From Mobula hypostoma (Eukaryota): a DNA stretch of 64,000 bases. Location of the stretch: NCBI RefSeq assembly GCF_963921235.1, contig NC_086101.1, positions 110,112,001 to 110,176,000 on the forward strand. The letters run 5' to 3'. Positions 1 through 11,597 of this stretch are shown here, one piece after another; position 1 is the stretch's first letter; every line of letters starts with the position of its first letter. The notes beneath the pieces are model-generated. The model was not told the DNA's origin. It searched no databases and saw only the letters and a program-made list of their open reading frames with translations. The position numbers and the translations under genes are program-made.

Positions 1-760
1 ATTATCATCACATTCACCTCCATATCCAACACAAAGTTCTCCACAGCTTCCACGATCTTCACCGTGATCCCACCACCATAAACATCTTTATCTCCTCACC
101 CTCACTCCACTTTTCGCAGGGCTCGCTCCTCCATGATTTTGTGTCTATTCCACCCTCCCTATTAATCTTGTTCCTGCCCTCCTGGCTCATACCCTGCAAG
201 TGAAAGAAATGCTACATCTGCCAATTCAACTTCCTCTTTAACCTCAAGTCAGGGCTCCAAGTAGTTGAGGCCACACTTCACCTGCAAATCTGCTGGGCTC
301 TTCTATTCGATGCAACTTCATCTACATCGTGGTGAGACCAGGGGATAAATTTGCAGACCATTTTCACCAGCAACTCCTCTCCATCTGTGTTTAACCATTC
401 TAATTCCTATCCCCATTCCCTTTCCAACTGTCTCCACATTTGCTATGTCAGGCCACCCTCAGGATGGAGAAGCAACACATCATATTCCGTCTACGTAGCT
501 TATAAGCTGATGGCATGGAAAGTGATTTCTCCATCTGGTAATTTTTTTCTCGCCCTTTTCCCTCTTTTATTCCCCACTGTGGCAGCCTACCCCTTCTACA
601 CACCTGCCAATCAATTCCCCCCGTGCCTCTCCTCCTTCCCCTTCTCCCATGGTCCATTCTCATCTCATATCAGGTTATTACCTCTCCAGCCGTTTACCTT
701 TTCCACCCACCTTGCTTCACCTTCCACCTTTCAGTTCAGCGTTCTCGCCTACCCCCACCT
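1..760 (+). mobile_element. Penelope-like element 3' fragment (GIY-YIG region + polypyrimidine tail)
   Basis: cacttcacctgcaaatctgctggg...tacatcgtggtgagacc resembles the YC..C..LYIGET GIY-YIG remnant; paralogue at ~6540-7400; further copy at ~45950-46490. Confidence 0.6.
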
Positions 761-1189
761 GTCTATCGTGCGATGTCATTCTGTACATCACAGGCCCATC
801 ACTACGCACCATCAGTAAAGTCTACAGGAGGGGCCGCTTCAAGAAGGCAACATCCATCATTGAATATCCGCAGCACCCAGGGCATGCCAGCTGCTCACAG
901 ACAGGAGGTACAGAAGCGTAAGGTCCCATATCACTGAGTTAAAGAAGACCTACTTCCATTCAACCATTAGGTTCCTGAACCAACCGCCACAACCCTCATC
1001 ACCAGAGCTCAGCGACATTTAGCCAACTGTGACTTTGCACTGAAATAGACTTCACTTTCTAACGAATTGTATACAATTTGTGTACAATAAATATTTTGCT
1101 TGTGCATGCTACTTTTCTGATGCTACGTGTGTGCGATGCGGCTGTGAACCAGTTTTTCCATTGTATTTGTGCACACATTAAGTTCTTTA

Positions 1190-4100
1190 ACATTAATTCT
1201 TAACATTACATCCTTCTTTCTCTATTCTCAAAAGAATGCTAGCATTGCATTTGCCTTTCTCACCACAGATTAATGTGCAAATTAGCCTTTAGGAAATCCT
1301 GCACGAGGATTCCCAGGTCCCTTTGCTGCTCAGAACTTTGACTTTTTTGATCAGTTAAAAATAGTATCTGCTTTTATTTCATCTAAGAAAGTGCATGACC
1401 ACACACTTCCTGACACCATATTCTATCAGCCACTACTTTGCCCATTCTCCTAGTCTGTCTAAAATGACATAGCATCTCTGCTTCCTCAAATCTGCCTGTC
1501 CCTTTGGCTGTCTTTGTAACAAACTTAGGCACAAATTCATTATTTCTGTCATCCAAATGATTGACGTTTAATGTTAAAAGAAGTCGTCCCAACACAGACC
1601 CCTGTGGAATGCCACTAATCTCCAGGCGGCCAACTTAAAAGTCTCCTTTTATTCCCAATCTTTGCCTTCAGCCTATCAGCCAATGTTTTATCCAAGCTAG
1701 TATCTTTCCTGTAATATCATTGGTTTTTAAATTGCTAAGCAACCTCATGTATGGCACATTGAGAAAGGCTTTCTGAAAATCGAAGTACATAACATCCATT
1801 GATTCTCTTTTGTTTATTCTGCTTGTTGTTTTCTCAAAGAATTCAAATAGGGAACACTTACCCTGAAGTAAAATCATGCTAACTTTGTCCTATTACATCA
1901 TGTGGCGTCACATTCTCTAAAACCATAACTTTAATAATTGACTCCAACATCTTCACAATCACTGCAAACAGAGTAACTTGCCAATAATTTTCTTTCTTTT
2001 GTCTTGCTCCCTTCTTGAAGAGTGGAGAGATATTTGCAATTTTCCAGTCCACTGGAACCTTGCCAGAATCCATTGATTCTTATAAGATCATTACTAAGCC
2101 TCAACAATCTCCTCAGCCACCTCTTTCAGAACACTGGGGTGAAGATCATCTGGTCCAGGTGACTTATCTCACTTCAGAACTTTCAGTTTCCCAAAAAACT
2201 TCTCCCTAGTAATGACAAATTCACCACCTACTGCCCCTGATACTCTTGAACTTCCAGCGTATGGTAATGTCTACCATACTCCCACAATGGTCATTCTTCT
2301 TATGCTCCTATTTATCTTGTAAAGTTTGATGGTGGTGACAGAGCGAAATAAGGTGCATTACTGCCACCAGCTGAATGGGAGTGTAAAACAAAGAGACAGG
2401 AAGTAGAAGTATGAAATTCACTATTCCACCTCCAAAATATCTCAAGTAATATCAAGAAGTCTAATGCTTTTCAGAAAGTAATAGCAATGACACTAACTCC
2501 AGATTGTTGACACTCACGGACCTCTGGAACACTGCTAGTGTCTTCCACAGTGAAGACTGATGCAAAGTACCCATTTAGTTTACCTGCCATTTCTTTGTCC
2601 CCCAATACTACTTCACCAGCATCATTTTCCAGTGGTCCAATACTCTCACATCTTTTTTACTGTTTATATACCTAAGAAAAATCTTTTAGTACCCTGCTTT
2701 ATGTTATTGGCAGGTTGTCCTCATATTTAATCTATTCCCTTCGAAAAGCTTTTCAGTTGCCTTTTGTTGGATTTTAAAAGCTTCCCAATCATCCAACTTC
2801 CCACTCACTTCTACTGCCTAGTCCAGTCTCGGGCTTGGAATCCAAGCCTTGTCTCCTAGTCCATGGTTCCTAGTTCTGGTCCTGCTTTCCCTAGCCCGTC
2901 TGCGTTCTCGTCCCTGCTCTTTGCCAGAATCCTGTCACTTCCCTACTCTGGTCAAGTCCCGTTCCTTGTACTTCAGTGCCTGTGTCTTGCATTTGGGTCT
3001 GTTCCCAGCACCCCATGTGACAGGAAGTAGAAGTATGAAATCCAACATGCCTCCCACAAAATATCTGAAATAATATCAAGAAATCTAATGCTTTTCAGAA
3101 AGTAAAATGCACACTCATATGCATATTACGCTAGGAGTCATATCCTAATAAAATTTCCAGCTTAATCTCCTCTGTCCCAAGGATTTCAATTTAGCAATCT
3201 GAAGTTTCTTTCACTCCTCTTTGGAACTGCATTCAAGCAACATATATGGCACCAATTCCTGATCAGTGCACTGCATACAGACGCTGGTATTGTACGATCA
3301 TAAGATATCGGAGCAGAGTTAGGCCATTCAGCCCATTGAGTCCACTCTGCCATTTCATCCTGGCTGATCCAGATCCCATTCGACCCCATACACCTGCTCC
3401 CTCACGATATCCCTTGATGCTCTGACCAATTAGGAATCTATCAACTTCCACTTTAAATAATTCCTCCTTACATTTGTTGTGAAAGGTTGCCACTCAATAT
3501 TAAGGCTGTGCCCTCTAGTTCTGGATATCCCCATGAGAGGGCAGATCATCTCCACATTCACCTTATCTAGTACTTTCAACATTCAGTAGGTTTCAATGAG
3601 ATTCCCATGCATTCTTCAAAATTCTAGTGAGTACAGGCCCAAAGCTGTCAAACCCTCCTCACACGTTAACTCCTTCCTTCCAGAAATCATCCTTGTGAAC
3701 CTCGTATGGACTCTCTCCACTGAAAATACATTCTTTCTGAGATAAGGGGCCCTAAACTGTTGACAATACTCCAAGTGAGGCCTGACTAGTGTCTTATAAA
3801 CCTTCAGTATTATCTGCTTGTTTTATATTATATTTCCCTTTAAATAAACAGCAACATTGCCTTTGTCTTTTTGACCACAGAATTACATTTCTGGAAGTCT
3901 TGCATGAGGACTCCTAAGTCCGTTTATACCTCTGATGTTTCCTCCCCATTTAGATAATAGTTTGCAAAATCATTCCTTTTCCCAAAATGCATTATCGTAT
4001 ATATCCCAACACAAAATTCCATCTGCCACTTTTTTGTCCATTCTTCCAATTTGTCCAAGTCCTGTTGCAATTGCTTTTTTTTCACAGCGCTACCTACCCC

Positions 4101-4560
4101 TCCAGCTATCTTCGTATCATTCAAAACTTTTCAAGAAAGCCATCAATTTATAAGAATAAGTTGAGTGTACTTGGACTTTTCTCCTTGGTGCAATGGAGGA
4201 TGAGAGGTGACCTGATAGAGGTGTATAAGATGTTGGGGGGCATTGATCGTGTGGATAGTCAGAGGCTTTTTTCTAGTGCTGAAGTGGCTAACATGGGAGG
4301 CATAATTTTAAGGTGCTTGGAAATAGGTACCAAAGGGATGTCAGGGGTAAGTCTTTCACACAGAGTGTGCTGGGTGTGTGGAATGCACTGCTGCAATGGT
4401 GGTGGAAGCAGATACAATAGGGTCTTTTAAGATCCTCTTAGGTAGGTGAATGGAGCTTAGAAAAATAGAGGGCTATGCGCTAGGGTAATTCTAAGCAGTC
4501 TCTAGAGTAGGTTACATGGTCAGCACAACATTGTGGGTCAAAGGGCCTGTAATGTGCTGT
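1190..4560. mobile_element. Cluster of decayed CR1 fragments (mostly - strand; + strand 3' end at ~4160-4560)
   Basis: ORF fragments DFQKAF, DWKIANISPLFKKG, DDTKI, EKWQMEF, RGDLIEVYK. Confidence 0.8.
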
Positions 4561-5744
4561 AATTTTCTAGGTTCTATATTCACTCCAGGTTGACAAATAC
4601 AGTGTTGCACAAATATCATAGTCTCCCTAGCTACACTATATATATAGTCTAAGACTTTTGCACACTATTCTTTGGCTGTCACCTGCTTGGATAAGCAGAT
4701 GTCCTGAATACCTGTTGCAACATTTCTGCTGGTTCAGTTCACACCGAAAAATCCATCTGCCTGTTTACAGATGCCTACAGTCAGGGATTGAAGAAGGAGA
4801 CATTCCAGGAAAGCCAACTCTGAGAATTAATTCTCCCAGATGGCTTCAGGACTGGCAGTTTAACCTTGGTCCGGGCACTGGGTGAAACAGAAGATCACTT
4901 ATCAATGCAAAATGAGATCACGTCACAGTGACAGAACTCAAAGCAGCAGGGACAGGGGCCAGTCTAAGCATCATAGTGTTCCTATCTCTTCTGGGTATTT
5001 ATGGTTTATGTGCAACACCTCAGTGTTACCTGTGTAATAAAACCCTAGAACTAATTTCCAAATATGCAGGATATTTTCATAGCTTGGATGACCAATATTG
5101 TTCAGTGATGTTGGCAACTATTTTGAAAATTTCCTCTTTAGTTTTGTTGATGAATATATTAATAGTGCAATGCCATAAACGCAAGGTGTTTTTAAAGTCA
5201 TGGGAAATCCAGAGGAACACGCACAGAATGCTGGAGGAAGCCTGCAGGTCAAGCAGCATCAATCGAAATGAATACACGGTTACAATTCCAAGCTGAAACC
5301 CTTCTTCCGGACTGGGGATGAAGCGGATGGTGCCAGAAGGGGGGGATGGGAAAGAGGACTAGTTAGAAGTGATATTGAGGCCAGGAGGGTGTGAAACCTA
5401 TAGGGCTGGAGAACAAGGAACCTGATATAGGAGAGGAGTGTGGGCCATGAGGGATAGGGAAGAATGAGTGCAGCCGGGGGATGTTTTTGCGCTGGTGAGG
5501 CGAAGAGGTTACAGGCTAGATTAGGGAATAGAGGGAAGGGCGAGGGAAAAATACTGGAAGGAGATATCGATGTTCACGCCATTAGTTTGGAGTTTATACT
5601 CTTGACTACACCTCTCCCCACCCAGTCTGCTGTAAAAATGCTATTGCCCTTCCTCAGTTCCCTCGTCTATGCTGTCTATACTTTGTCCATCCCATCTGTT
5701 CCCAGGATGAGGCTTTCCTTTCCAGGACATCAGAGATGTCTTCA

Positions 5745-6530
5745 TTCTCAAACTGGAGATGATCGTCGATTTCAGACAGTCTCAGCCTGAGCATGCACCC
5801 CTCAGCATCAGCGGCTCCACAGTGGAGAGAGTGGAAAACATCAAGTTTCTCGGGGTGCAGATCTTGGACAATCTCACCTGGTCCAGGAACACCACTGGGA
5901 TTGTGAAACAGACCCAGCAGAGATTGCACTTTCTGAGGAAGCTTAAACAAGCATCACTCCCCACTAACATCTTAACTACATTCTACAGAGGCCTGGTTGA
6001 GAGTGAGCTGACCTTTTGCATCACAACCTGGTACTCCAGCTGCAGTGCTGGCGACATAAAAGCCTTGCAGAGGGTGGTTAGGGGAGCAGAGAAGGTTATT
6101 GGGCTCTCCCTACCTTCTGTCCAAGACCTCTTTCAGAGTCGATGTCTTCAAAAGACCCGGTACATCATTAAAGACCCCTCACACCCTCTCCATGAACTGT
6201 TTGTTCTTCTGTCATCAGGCAAACATTACAGGAGCATCAAAACTAAAACCACAAGGCTACTAAACAGCTTCGTCCCACAGACAGTCAGACTGCTAAATAG
6301 CTGCTTTACCTGACTCTGCTTTGGACACTTTTAACTTGCACTGGACACTTAAACTTGATTTTAACTGACATGTGGCTGTTGGGTTTTACTATTTATTGTT
6401 ATGTTTATTATTTAGTGTTGCGTTTGTTATGTTATGATTGCACTGCTCCTGAGAAACACTGTCTTATTCTGCCCTACAGAGCTGATGTATGGTTAGAATG
6501 ACAATAAAGTTTCCTGAACTGAATTGAATT
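5745..6530 (+). mobile_element. Rex1/Babar LINE 3' fragment
   Basis: ORF 5759-6313: IVDFR, KFLGV, QQRLHFLRKL, KDPSHPLH..F..L.SG..YRS; (gaatt)n tail. Confidence 0.85.
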
Positions 6531-8389
6531 GAGTTTCACTTACACCACCATTGACGTTGCCATCACCCATATCTCCACGATTTCCCGGATATCCGTGCTT
6601 ACACCACCTTCCAGCAGCCTTAACAGAGATAGAGTTCCACATGTCCTCACTTATCACCACATTCGCCTCCACATCCAACACAAAGTTCTGCAGACTTCCA
6701 TCATCTTCAACGGGATCCAGCTGCCATATGCATCTTTATCTCCTCACCCTCACTCTCCACTCTTCGCAGGGCTCGCTCACTCCATGATTTCCTGTCTATT
6801 CATCCCTCCCTATTAATCTGCCTCCTGCCCTCCTGTCACATGTTGTGCAAGTGAAAGAAATGCCACATCCGTCAACTCACTTCCTGTCTAGCCTCGAGTC
6901 AGGGACCCATATAGCCCTTACAGTTCAGGCCACACTTCACCTGCAAATCTGCTGGGCTCTTCTATTCGATGCAACCTCATCAACATCGTGGTGAGACCGG
7001 GGGTTAAATTTGCAGACCATTTTCACCAGCAACTCCACTCCATCTGTGGTTAACCATTTTAATTCCTAACCCCATTCCCCTTCCAACTATCTCCGCATTT
7101 GCTATGATGAGGCCACACTTAGGAGGTTTTGCTCCTCCATCCTATACAGTCTAGGGAGCTTCTAACCTGATGGCATGGAGAAGAATTTCTCATTTTGGTA
7201 TTTTTTTTTCTCTCTGTTTCCCCTCTACTATTCCCCACTGTGGCCTCCTACCCCTTTCTACTCACCTGCCTATCAATTCCCCCTGTGCCCCTCCTTGTTC
7301 CCTTTCTCCCGTGGTCTATTCTCCTCTCCTATCTGGTTCCTTCTCCTCCAGCCCCTTCCCTTTTCTACTCACCTAACTTCAAGTTTCACCTTCCAGCTTG
7401 TCCTCCCTCCCCTGTTCCACCTGTCTATCGTGCGATGTCATTCTGTACATCCCAGACCCATCCCTCCCCACCATCGGTAAAGTCTACAGGAGGGGCCGCT
7501 TCAAGAAGGCAACATCCATCCCAGCACCCAGAGCATGCCAGCTGCTCACAGACAGGACGTACAGAAGCGTAAGATCCCACATCACTGAGTTAAAGAAGAC
7601 CTACTTCCATTCAACCATTAGGTTCCTGAACCAACCGCCACAACCCTCATCACCAGAGCTCAGCGACATTTTGCCACCTGTGACTTTGCACTGAAATAGA
7701 CTTCACTTTCTAACGATTTGCATATTATGTGTGTATAATAAATGTTTTGCTTGAGCGTGCTGCTTATCTGATGCTACGTGTGTGTGATGCTGCTGTGAGT
7801 CAGTTTCTCATTGTGTCTGTGCACACGTGAAGTTGCTCATCTGACAGTAAACGTGACTTTGGCCTTGACATTGACTTTGACTCTGAGCAGGACTGAAGGA
7901 AGATTTTGCATACTGTGCTTCTCAGGTGCACTCTGCTGTGATGCAGCCCACAGCTCACTGTGGTGTTGGGTGAGATCTTACATGTATGATATCGGAGCAG
8001 AATTGAGCCATTTCTCCCGTTGAGTCAGCTCCCCCCAATGCATCATGGCTGAACCATTTCAGTCTCAGTCCCAACATCCTGCCTTCTTCCCGATTCCCTT
8101 CATGCCCTGACTAACCACAAATCTAGCAACCTGTGCCTTAAAGCTGCCTGTGCAACATTTTCCACAGATTCAACACTTTCTGTCTAAAAATATTTGCTCA
8201 TTTTCATTGTTCTAAATGGATGTTCCTCCAATCTGAGGCTATGTACCTTAGTTTTTTGACTCCCTCACCACAGGAACATCACCAATGCTTTATAAAACCT
8301 CAACATTACATCCTTCCTTTTCTGTTCAAGTCCTCTCTAAAGAATACTAGCATCGCATTTGCATCTCTCATCGCAGATTGTAGGCAGCC

Positions 8390-8820
8390 GTCAATCCCAG
8401 GGGATCATGGGTTTGCCCTCTGGTGGACTGTGTCCTCTCCAGGGCACAAGACTGGGTGGGAAGATTTGAAGAACCGGCTGTTGCCCATGCAGCGGGATCC
8501 CCCTCTCCACGTCACTGATGTAGTCCAAGGGAAGGGCAAGTGCTGATACAGCTTGGCACCTGTGTCATTGCAGAGGTTGCCAGAGTGAAGTTGTAAACAA
8601 CATCAAGCTGCTGTAGGGAACCCAGCTCTGGATTTCTTCCTCAAGGTTTACTCCTTAAGCCTTTCCCGTGGATGGGTAAGACTGCAAGGCAGCAGATGAT
8701 TAAAATCAGAGTTTTCCTTCTGATGGGCAGGCTGCTGTCCAAGGCTGATGAGCCACACCTCCCCGAAGCAACTGGTTTTGAGGTGCTAGTAGGCCACCTT
8801 TGTCCCTTCTCTTGTCAGTA
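8390..8820 (-). mobile_element. SINE-like repeat
   Basis: Reverse complement resembles 26095-26312 (+); interrupts a CR1 fragment and is absent from the paralogous site at ~1260. Confidence 0.6.
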
Positions 8821-11133
8821 GGAACAGTTCTGGGCCTATTCCATCTGCCACTACTTTGCCCATTTTTCTAGTCTGTCTACAATGACTTAGCATCTCTGCT
8901 TCATCAAAATCACCAACCCCTCCACCTATCTTCATACCGTCTGGAAACTTAGCCACAAACTCATCCTAATCATTGATGATGAATGTAAAAAGAAGTGGTC
9001 CCAACACAGACCCCTACGGAAAACCACTAGTCTCAAGGAAAGGCCCCTTTTATTCCCAATGTTTGCCTTCTGCCCATCAGCCAATGTTTAATGCATGCTA
9101 GTATCTTTCCTGTATTACCATCATCTCTTAACTTGTTATGCAGCCTCACATGTGGCACCTTGTCAAAGGCCTTCTGACACTCAAAGTATGCGACATCCAC
9201 TGATTCTCTTTTGTTTACTTTGCTTGTTGTTTTCTCAAACAAATTTGACAGACAAGATTTCCCCTGAACGAACCAATGCTGACTTTAGCATATTTTATCA
9301 TGTGCCTCCAAGTGCCTTTAATCTACATCTGTACTAATTAATTTCAGCATCTTCCCAATCACTAAAATCAGACAAACTAGCCTATAATTTCTTTTCTTTT
9401 CACTTTCCTCCCTGAAGAATAGAGTGATATTTGCAATGTTCCAGTCTACCGGAACCTGGCCAGAATCCATTGATTATTGAAAGATCATTACTAATGCCTC
9501 AACAATCTCTTCAGCCACCTCTTTCAGAACCCTGGGGTGAAGATCATCTGGTCCAGGTGACTTATCTCATTTCAGAACTGTCAGTTTCCCAATAACCTTC
9601 TCCCTAGTGATGGCAACTCCATCAATCTCTGCCCCCGACACTCTTGAACTTCCAACGTGCTGGTCGTGTCTTCCACACTCCCACAATGGCCGGTCTTTTT
9701 CTTCATCCTGTAAAATTTGATGGTGATTGGCAGACCAACATAGGGTGTATTATCACCACCTGCTGAATGGGAGTGTAAAGCAGGAGCCGGGAAGTATAAC
9801 CACGCCCCCTCCCAAAAACTCAAATAGTATCAAAAAGTCTAATGCTTTTTAGAAAGTCAAATACACATTTATGCACACATTACAATTGGAGTCATATCCT
9901 AATAAAATTTCCAGGTTAAACTCCATCTATCCCAAAGATCACAATTTAACAATTAGATGGTTCCTTTGCTCCTCTTCCCGTCATTCGAACAATATTTGTG
10001 GCACAAGTTCTTGATCAGTACATTTCCTACAGATGCTAGTATCATAAGACCAAAAGACCATTCAGCTCATCAAGTCCACTCCACCATTTCATCATGGCTG
10101 ATCCCGGATCCCATTCAACCCCATACACCTGCCCTTCCACCTTATCTCTCAATGCCCTGACAGAGCAGGAATCTATCAACTTCTGCTTTAAATATACTTA
10201 TGGACGTGGCCTCTACCACAGTCTGCGGCAGAGCATTCCACAGTTTCACCACTCTTTGGCTAAAAAAAGTTCCTCCTTACTTCTGTCATAAAAGGTCACC
10301 CCTCAATTTTAAGCTGTGCCCACTAACTCTGGGTAGCCCCACCAGAGAGAACATCCTCTGCACATTCACCTTAAGCAACATTGAGATCCCCATGCATTCT
10401 TCCAAATACCAGTGAATACAAGCCTAAAGCTACCAAACCCTCCTCAGATCTTAACCCCTTCATTCCCCGAATGATCCTCTTGAGCCACTTCTGTACTCTC
10501 TCCTGTGACAATACATCCTTTCTAAGATAAGGGGCCCAAAACTGTAGACAATACTCCAATTGTGGCCTGACCAGTGTCTTATAAAAGCTCAGCATTATTT
10601 CCTTGTCTTTATATTCTATTCCTTTGAAATAAATGCCGAAGTTGCATTTGTCTTCTTTACTGCTGACTCAGCCTGTGAATTAACCTTCTGGGAGTCTTGC
10701 ACGAAGGCTTCCAAGTCGCTTTGCACCTCTGATGTTTGAATTTCCTTCCCATTTAGATAATAGTCTACACTTTTGTTCCTTTTACCAAAATGCATTATCA
10801 CAACACTATTATTCCCAACACTGTATTCCATCGGCAACATTTTTGCCCATTCTTCCAATTGGTCTAAGTCCTGCTGCAATTGCATTGCTTCCTCAGCACT
10901 ACCTACCCCTCCAACTATCTTTGTATCATCCACAAACTTTTCCAGAAAGCCGTCAATTTACTATCTAAATCATTGACAAACAAGGTGAAAAGTAGCGGTG
11001 TCAATACTGACCCCTGAGGAACACCACTAGTCACTGGCAGCCAACTAGAAAAGGCCCCTTTATTCCCACTCGCTGCCTCCTGCCTGTCAGCCATTCCTCT
11101 ATCCAGCCAATATATTTCCTGTAACACCATAGT

Positions 11134-11297
11134 TTATAGAAACATAGAAACATAGAAAATAGGTGCAGGAGTAGGCCATTCGGCCCTTCGAGCCTGCACC
11201 GCCATTTATTATGATCATGGCTGATCATCCAACTCAGAACCCCGCACCAGCCTTCCCTCCATACCCCCTGACCCCCGTAGCCACAAGGGCCATATCT
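11134..11297 (-). mobile_element. ~160-bp 5'-truncated CR1 3' end, same subfamily as the full-length copy, nested in an older CR1
   Basis: Near-identical to 53738-53890, apart from a 6-nt indel and a substitution. Confidence 0.85.
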
Positions 11298-11597
11298 TGC
11301 TAACCAGCCTCATTTGAGACACTGTAGCAAATGCTTTCAGAAAATTTTAGTAAATGAAATCCACTGCCTCTCCTTTATCCACCCTGCTTGTTACTTCCTC
11401 AAAAAAATTTAACTGATTTGTCTAGTAAGATTTCCCTTTGCAGAAACCATACTGACTTTGACTTATTTTATCATTAGTCTCCAAGTACCCTGAAACCTTG
11501 CCCTTAATAATGGACTCCAGCACTTTCCCAAACACTGAAGTTAGGCTAGCTGGTGTATCACTTCCTTTCTTTCTGTCTTCCTCCCTTCTTAACATGA

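Larger units (their letters stand above)
7980..11590 (-). mobile_element. Cluster of decayed CR1 fragments
   Basis: RT fragments [30 protein letters not shown]. Confidence 0.8.

Noticed and set aside
4928-5296. 122-aa ORF with a hydrophobic N-terminal stretch
   Set aside because: GTG start, runs across an AATAAA and into a repeat tail; no family motif or supporting splice structure.
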